From positions 1-61,112 of IMG/VR virus record IMGVR_UViG_3300009514_000026: DNA of 61,112 nt; one strand, given 5' to 3'. The translations under genes were made by a program, and so were the position numbers. The notes beneath the pieces were generated by a model that had not been told where the DNA came from, did not search any database, and saw nothing but the letters and a program-made list of their open reading frames with translations. The stretch is from a virus (taxonomy: Duplodnaviria; Caudoviricetes). The stretch's first letter is position 1. Each line of letters begins with the position of its first letter. Below, piece after piece: positions 55,995-61,112 of this stretch.

Positions 55995-56303
55995 TTATTT
56001 TATCCATTTATTTCTTAAATAGTTAGCAGCCGATGTTGTTTTCATTTTCAAAGATTGGTGACTCCAAACACGTTCAGTTCTGTCTATAGTTTCTCCCCAT
56101 TTACTGTCCCATCGTTCACTGGTAACTTGACCATTTTCGATAACACGACAATGGTTGTGTCCACAATAAGGACAAATGATAGTGTGATTACCATCAATAT
56201 CAAAATCAATGGATGCGTAAAACGTTTTACTACAGTCATGGCAATACATGTCTGTACGTACTATACCTTCCGCTTTTCCATCTTCTGATATCACTTCTGA
56301 CAT
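55995..56303 (-). CDS. Zinc-ribbon hypothetical protein
   Basis: CHDC...CPYCGHNH. Confidence 0.6.
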   Translation of the reverse strand: MSEVISEDGKAEGIVRTDMYCHDCSKTFYASIDFDIDGNHTIICPYCGHNHCRVIENGQVTSERWDSKWGETIDRTERVWSHQSLKMKTTSAANYLRNKWIK

Positions 56304-56304
56304 A

Positions 56305-56793
56305 TTAACTTCTCAATTCATTGACTGCGCGTTGAATTTTATCAATAATCATACGACCTTTCTTACCAACCTGTTCACTTAGGTGTGCCCATTTGTTTTC
56401 ATCAAACACACTGCGCCGCAATTTCATTGATTCAGCAACTTTTTGTGCAGCGTTCAATTGATCATTGGCAGATGCATAGCGCATACCATCTTTACCACCT
56501 GCCGCCATAATCTTATCCCATGGGAAAGGTGTTTTGTCATGGAACTTCCAGCCAGCATCGACTTTTGAATTTTTGCTACCAAAAGAAAAAGTTTCTTTGA
56601 AACCCTTTTCCGGCATAGCATCACGATATTCTACTATGGGACTTTGTGCCATATCAAATATCGAATAGATCACCTTTCCACCTTCTGTGGATTCAACAAA
56701 CAGCAAACTGCCATCATTGTGTTCACCCCATACGCCCATAGCAAGTGTATCATTTGATGCACTACCATGTCCGGGTACGTCTTGTGTACTCAT
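56305..56793 (-). CDS. Hypothetical protein
   Basis: AGGAG SD. Confidence 0.6.
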   Translation of the reverse strand: MSTQDVPGHGSASNDTLAMGVWGEHNDGSLLFVESTEGGKVIYSIFDMAQSPIVEYRDAMPEKGFKETFSFGSKNSKVDAGWKFHDKTPFPWDKIMAAGGKDGMRYASANDQLNAAQKVAESMKLRRSVFDENKWAHLSEQVGKKGRMIIDKIQRAVNELRS

Positions 56794-56852
56794 GTTATTT
56801 TCTCCTGTTAAATGATTATCGGTTTTGCCGATAATTTTCTTTAAATATGAAC

Positions 56853-56884
56853 ATAATTGCGGCTATATAAGTAGCCGCAATTAT
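56853..56884 (-). terminator. Hairpin / terminator after rnl1
   Basis: ATAATTGCGGCTA-TATAAG-TAGCCGCAATTAT. Confidence 0.55.
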
Positions 56885-56887
56885 TGG

Positions 56888-58015
56888 TTACTCTTCTATT
56901 ACCTTTTCATCTTTAAGACCAAAGGACTTCCATGCTTTCTTCATGACCTCCTTATAAGAAAAGTCTTTACCAAGATACTTGTTCATAGCCAAACCAAACT
57001 GCATTCTATTCAATTCTTCTTGACCAAGAATAGCATAGTCTTTACGTTCCAGTTCTTTGTTACGTTCATAGAAACGTTCAACGGTATCAACCAAGTGGTT
57101 GTATCGTACTTCAACGAATGCTTCCATTTCACTAATCAACTTGATAGCAAGTGGATCATCGTGGAATAAAGAACGCATATCGTCAGTAGCTTCTTCCAAT
57201 ACAGCTTCATACAATCGACGTGGTGTGTTGATTGAATCCTTTGTATGGTGCAAAGCCAAGTACCAAGTACACTTTTTCTTTACGCGCTGACCAGATGCAA
57301 GTTGGAACACGACACCTTCAACGCCTTGCATGTCATCAACAGAATTAATGTATGCTTCTGGATCTTCTGGACGCATCAATAATGTCCAACGTGCCAATGT
57401 TTCTGGAAAGTGATCAGCATCAATATCATAGAAGTCATAGTACGAACCATCTTCACGGTTACGCACGCCAAGAACTTTCAAGTGTGGTTCCATGTAAGGT
57501 AATACGATACGGTTGTCAGGCGCACACCATTCCATAATGACAGTGCAACCTGCACGATCCATCAAATACAGTTCTTCACGGAACGAAACGTTTTCGCCTT
57601 TATGCAACCACAACTTAGCAGCAATGGCCTGATCGGAAGTCAAAGAACCCTTCGTCTTCACGCGAAGAATATCATTGTGCATGTATGTAGTGATTAAAGA
57701 ACCATCAGCCTTATCAGCAACTTCTACAACCGTAGACAAATCCAAGTCCATAGTAAATGGATTTTCATATAAGTTGAAAAACTTTGGAAATGGTAAGGAT
57801 GCCAAACGAATTGGTTCACCATCTTCTGTGATTTCAAACATTATACCACGGCACTCCAAAGCATTTGGCTTACAGAAATCCGTATAAGAAGCCAAACGAT
57901 AATTGAACAGGCGATAAGTAGCACCATCCAATTCAACATCATTGAAAAAGAATGCTTCGTTGTCAGCAACCAGCCGAATCAAGTCTTCAAATATTTTTGT
58001 CTGGTATTCATTCAT
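56888..58015 (-). CDS. rnlA: RNA ligase 1 (T4 Rnl1/gp63-like)
   Basis: ECRG, KFFN, KADGSL, NRIV, EGVV, WY..LH..K. Confidence 0.9.
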   Translation of the reverse strand: MNEYQTKIFEDLIRLVADNEAFFFNDVELDGATYRLFNYRLASYTDFCKPNALECRGIMFEITEDGEPIRLASLPFPKFFNLYENPFTMDLDLSTVVEVADKADGSLITTYMHNDILRVKTKGSLTSDQAIAAKLWLHKGENVSFREELYLMDRAGCTVIMEWCAPDNRIVLPYMEPHLKVLGVRNREDGSYYDFYDIDADHFPETLARWTLLMRPEDPEAYINSVDDMQGVEGVVFQLASGQRVKKKCTWYLALHHTKDSINTPRRLYEAVLEEATDDMRSLFHDDPLAIKLISEMEAFVEVRYNHLVDTVERFYERNKELERKDYAILGQEELNRMQFGLAMNKYLGKDFSYKEVMKKAWKSFGLKDEKVIEE

Positions 58016-58049
58016 AGTAGAACCATTATAGGTTATTTTTCTAAATGAG

Positions 58050-58304
58050 TCAAGGGTTTCTTGGTTTAAACTTGTACCATAAAATGACGCAAATAAGCAC
58101 GATATTGAACATATAATTAAGGATTAAAGGCCACAAAAATTGTGGAAGAATATAAATTAAAACAAGGACTTCGCCGACAAGCCATAGCCAAAGGAACCCC
58201 CATGCTATGCCTTTACTGTGTCCATTTTTATAACTCTGCCATGCCAAAGGCGCACCGCAGATAGCAAGCAAAAGGCCACCTAACCATCCGACAGCTTCTA
58301 ACAT
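58050..58304 (-). CDS. PQ-loop / SemiSWEET-like membrane protein
   Basis: Three TM helices; GW.GG.LLAICGAP, SKGI, LNY. Confidence 0.65.
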   Translation of the reverse strand: MLEAVGWLGGLLLAICGAPLAWQSYKNGHSKGIAWGFLWLWLVGEVLVLIYILPQFLWPLILNYMFNIVLICVILWYKFKPRNP

Positions 58305-59215
58305 TAATTTTCTTTTCGCTTATAGACGATAGTTCTCATGTTTTTGGACATTATGTTGTCTTGGTTTCTATTATAAGTGAAATCGTCAACAATTTCATAG
58401 TTTGTCATGGGTTCGGTATACAAATACATTAGGGTAGGATTATCATACCTTCCATATTTTTCTTTCAGATAATTTGCAAACTTTCCATGGTTTCTAATAT
58501 TTTTAAGATTTTGAAGCGTCAGACAAACATATTTTGCCGCACGTTTTCTGTTAATAATCTTTAATGTTTTCGCCATTTCATCTGAAAGATACCCATCACT
58601 ATCGTAATTAATGATATCATAATATTCTTCTGGCATATTTTCTACTAAGGATGAAATACTACCAAAGTAATTTAACATTGGTAGTTTAAGTTTCATACTA
58701 GCTTCTAAAACGGCAGGATTATTATCTACGTTATGGATAATAGTAGTTGGTTTTATTTTTAATAAGCTTTTTACATCGAGTGCTTTTGGTCCTGCCATTG
58801 TTAAAACTATTGGATTCGATTTTTTAAATTTTTTGAGATATTTTTCAACGCCATTTTTTCTAGCTTCGCGTTTCCCTTCCGTATCATACGATAGAATAAC
58901 ATGTTCTTTAGGTTTATTTTTCTTTGAAGTTTTTCTAACAAACCGTATTTGACCAGTGGAGCTTTTACAAGTAACCCAATTTTTCTTGAATTCTTCACTA
59001 CCCATTAATTTGTGTGGCATTGGAGTGATGTTACCACCATATAATGATCCATTTACAGAAGCAGGACTTATCTTCTTTTTCTTTGCTATTAATTCTGTTA
59101 ATTTTGCTCTTGGAATTTCATCATTAATAGCATGTTTTAAAATAGCAATACCACAGTCAACAGTTGACATCTTGCCTAATTTTCTGGCATCGAAAGATGA
59201 ATTTAATTTAATCAT
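58304..59215 (-). CDS. Hypothetical protein with methyltransferase-like C-terminus
   Basis: VLTMAG...NVDN...YDIINYDSDG. Confidence 0.45.
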   Translation of the reverse strand: MIKLNSSFDARKLGKMSTVDCGIAILKHAINDEIPRAKLTELIAKKKKISPASVNGSLYGGNITPMPHKLMGSEEFKKNWVTCKSSTGQIRFVRKTSKKNKPKEHVILSYDTEGKREARKNGVEKYLKKFKKSNPIVLTMAGPKALDVKSLLKIKPTTIIHNVDNNPAVLEASMKLKLPMLNYFGSISSLVENMPEEYYDIINYDSDGYLSDEMAKTLKIINRKRAAKYVCLTLQNLKNIRNHGKFANYLKEKYGRYDNPTLMYLYTEPMTNYEIVDDFTYNRNQDNIMSKNMRTIVYKRKEN

Positions 59216-59343
59216 GATACTTGACCGTCGCTTCTTCTTTAAGGTGAATAGGGTCAAGCATATAATGCTTTGTTCGCAATTTTCTTGACATCATCTGGCG
59301 TCATTTCTTTTGTGCTTCTAATTAGGTTATTCATCTGCGCATT

Positions 59344-59913
59344 TTACCCTAATTTTCGGATTGTGTCAAGTGGTATATAATGCCCCTTATTTTCCATACT
59401 TTTCAATATCTTAGTGTTATTTTCGCCCCACGATATTAACATAGAACCACTACCAGCACCACTACCTTTGGTTATACCAAGCCCATCCACGAATTTGACC
59501 CGCCCTTTAAGGAACAGCAAGCCATCTGCATTAACAACATAATCATGATACCATCTACAGTCTGTTCTGGCAAAAACTAGTGCAATACCATTTCTATAAT
59601 CGTGCATCTTTTTTAACCAGTCTGTTGTTTCCCTGCCATATGGTGGATTTAACCAGACGTTACCAAACCATGGTGATCTAAGTCCATTGTCTTCAAGGCT
59701 ATAATATTTTTTGACTGGAATCCATGGTATTCTTTCTTTTGGATGACATGGATCTAAATCAAATTCAATTCCCAAGTCATCAAATATCCATTTGGGGGTA
59801 TACCAATCCACGGATTGATTATCTGCGCTGTCATGGGTGAATCCCATGGCTTTAGTCATTTCGCTTTCAGTTATCGCAGCATCGTCGATATCAATTAAAT
59901 CGTGTATGCTCAT
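59344..59913 (-). CDS. Phage N6-adenine DNA methyltransferase
   Basis: WYTP, FDLDPC, NPPY, ARTD, GRVKF. Confidence 0.88.
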   Translation of the reverse strand: MSIHDLIDIDDAAITESEMTKAMGFTHDSADNQSVDWYTPKWIFDDLGIEFDLDPCHPKERIPWIPVKKYYSLEDNGLRSPWFGNVWLNPPYGRETTDWLKKMHDYRNGIALVFARTDCRWYHDYVVNADGLLFLKGRVKFVDGLGITKGSGAGSGSMLISWGENNTKILKSMENKGHYIPLDTIRKLG

Positions 59914-59932
59914 CCCATTTCCTACCCATTTC

Positions 59933-60769
59933 CTACATTCTTAAAAGGTTATGCATCTTTTGAAATCTTGCCAACCTTTCTTCTGCAATCTTAAAGTATT
60001 CTGGTACTACTTCTGTACCTATAAAATTTCTATTATTTTTCAGTGCCATTTTCCCTGTTGTACCGCTACCCATAAATGGATCAAACACAACATCTCCTTC
60101 GTTACTCCATGATAAGATATGGTCTTCTGCAAGCTTTTCAGGAAATGTAGCAGGATGTTCCCAAATATCATCTGTACTTCCTTTATGCTTTCCAGTATCA
60201 TATGACCAAATGTTGCCACGATACTTATGCGTTTTTGTTATTTTATTTTCATTGCGCTTTCGCATCGCTGCGGATTTTTCTCGTGTTGAACCAGAAGTTC
60301 GGCCGTTATAATTGTATATTGCACCCGCTGTTTTACATTCTATCAATAAAGGATTAAAAGTTTTGGGTTTACCTTTTGAAAATATGAACATATACTCAAA
60401 GCAAGGATCATATCTATTGTGATTTAGTGGCATGTAGTTGTTTTTTTGGTATATCATTGTATCATGAAGATTAAATCCTAGTTTCATGAAATATAATGAT
60501 TGCTTAAAACTGGTGCCAGTTTCACAACCATTTTTTGTAGCATCATTAACTATCCAAACAACAATACCACCTTCTTTGGTTATATTATATAGATCGGAAG
60601 CTACACATGTAAATGTATCCCAATCCCAAATAAGGGTATTTTGGTAATTTCTTATGTCATCATAGGGAGGTGATGTTACCGTTAGGTCAATGGAATTGGG
60701 TTCCATTTGGCACATGTAATCAATACAATCACCTAAATGTAATGTGAGATTTATAGCAGTATTATCCAT
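59933..60769 (-). CDS. DNA methyltransferase (N4C/N6A, beta class)
   Basis: TSPPY, HPATFP, DPFMGSGTT. Confidence 0.9.
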   Translation of the reverse strand: MDNTAINLTLHLGDCIDYMCQMEPNSIDLTVTSPPYDDIRNYQNTLIWDWDTFTCVASDLYNITKEGGIVVWIVNDATKNGCETGTSFKQSLYFMKLGFNLHDTMIYQKNNYMPLNHNRYDPCFEYMFIFSKGKPKTFNPLLIECKTAGAIYNYNGRTSGSTREKSAAMRKRNENKITKTHKYRGNIWSYDTGKHKGSTDDIWEHPATFPEKLAEDHILSWSNEGDVVFDPFMGSGTTGKMALKNNRNFIGTEVVPEYFKIAEERLARFQKMHNLLRM

Positions 60770-60804
60770 TGCGGAATTATACTATTAGTGGGGATTTTTG
60801 TCAA

Positions 60805-61098
60805 TTACAATCTTTGTAATTTTACATGGTAGGGGCGTTTAATTCCTTGATAAGAAAATCTACAAGTGCAATTACTTGGATCATGTTCTTCTACATCCAT
60901 ATCAAAAGATTTTTCGCCTGCTTGTTTTCTTATCATTTCAATAACTTCTTCCATGTTTCTGGCTTCTACTGTATGCCCTTTAGCGGACTTATTACCAACT
61001 TCAAAAACTCTAACCTTAATTCGTTTTTCCATAGCTTCACGAAAAACAGTGGAAGACATTCTCCAACTTGAATCAAAATCTTTACGTGCATCTGCCAA
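60805..61098 (-). CDS. Hypothetical protein (start may lie beyond the window)
   Basis: ORF at the window edge. Confidence 0.45.
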   Translation of the reverse strand: MADARKDFDSSWRMSSTVFREAMEKRIKVRVFEVGNKSAKGHTVEARNMEEVIEMIRKQAGEKSFDMDVEEHDPSNCTCRFSYQGIKRPYHVKLQRL

Positions 61099-61112
61099 TT
61101 CTTCAACACCCA

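Overview
A 61-kb segment of an AT-rich, T4-related large (jumbo-type) phage genome in the standard genetic code. The left arm (+ strand) carries two long virion/tail proteins, gp32 SSB, UvsX, a split nucleotidyltransferase, phosphoesterases, the gp41 helicase and late head-type proteins. A class II ribonucleotide reductase and dCMP deaminase sit among them on the - strand. The centre (24.7-48.0 kb, - strand) is a translation-rescue island. It holds about 40 tRNA and tRNA-like genes, a compact RNase P RNA, several unexplained structured RNAs, an HNH-RNA ligase fusion, an RlmN-like radical SAM enzyme, a stand-alone class II aaRS-like domain, a 2H phosphoesterase, GMP reductase and three homing endonucleases. 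The right arm has a capsid paralog, late proteins, Rnl1 and DNA methyltransferases. Three signals stand out. (1) A candidate ribosome-mediated attenuator heads the tRNA array: its 47-codon leader samples, upstream of the antiterminator arm, exactly the 15 amino acids for which the array encodes tRNAs. (2) There is a circularly permuted tRNA gene with base-paired flanks. (3) Two tRNAs carry short hairpin introns in the anticodon, and several other tRNAs have rearranged cloverleaves. All calls were made by eye; no searches were run.
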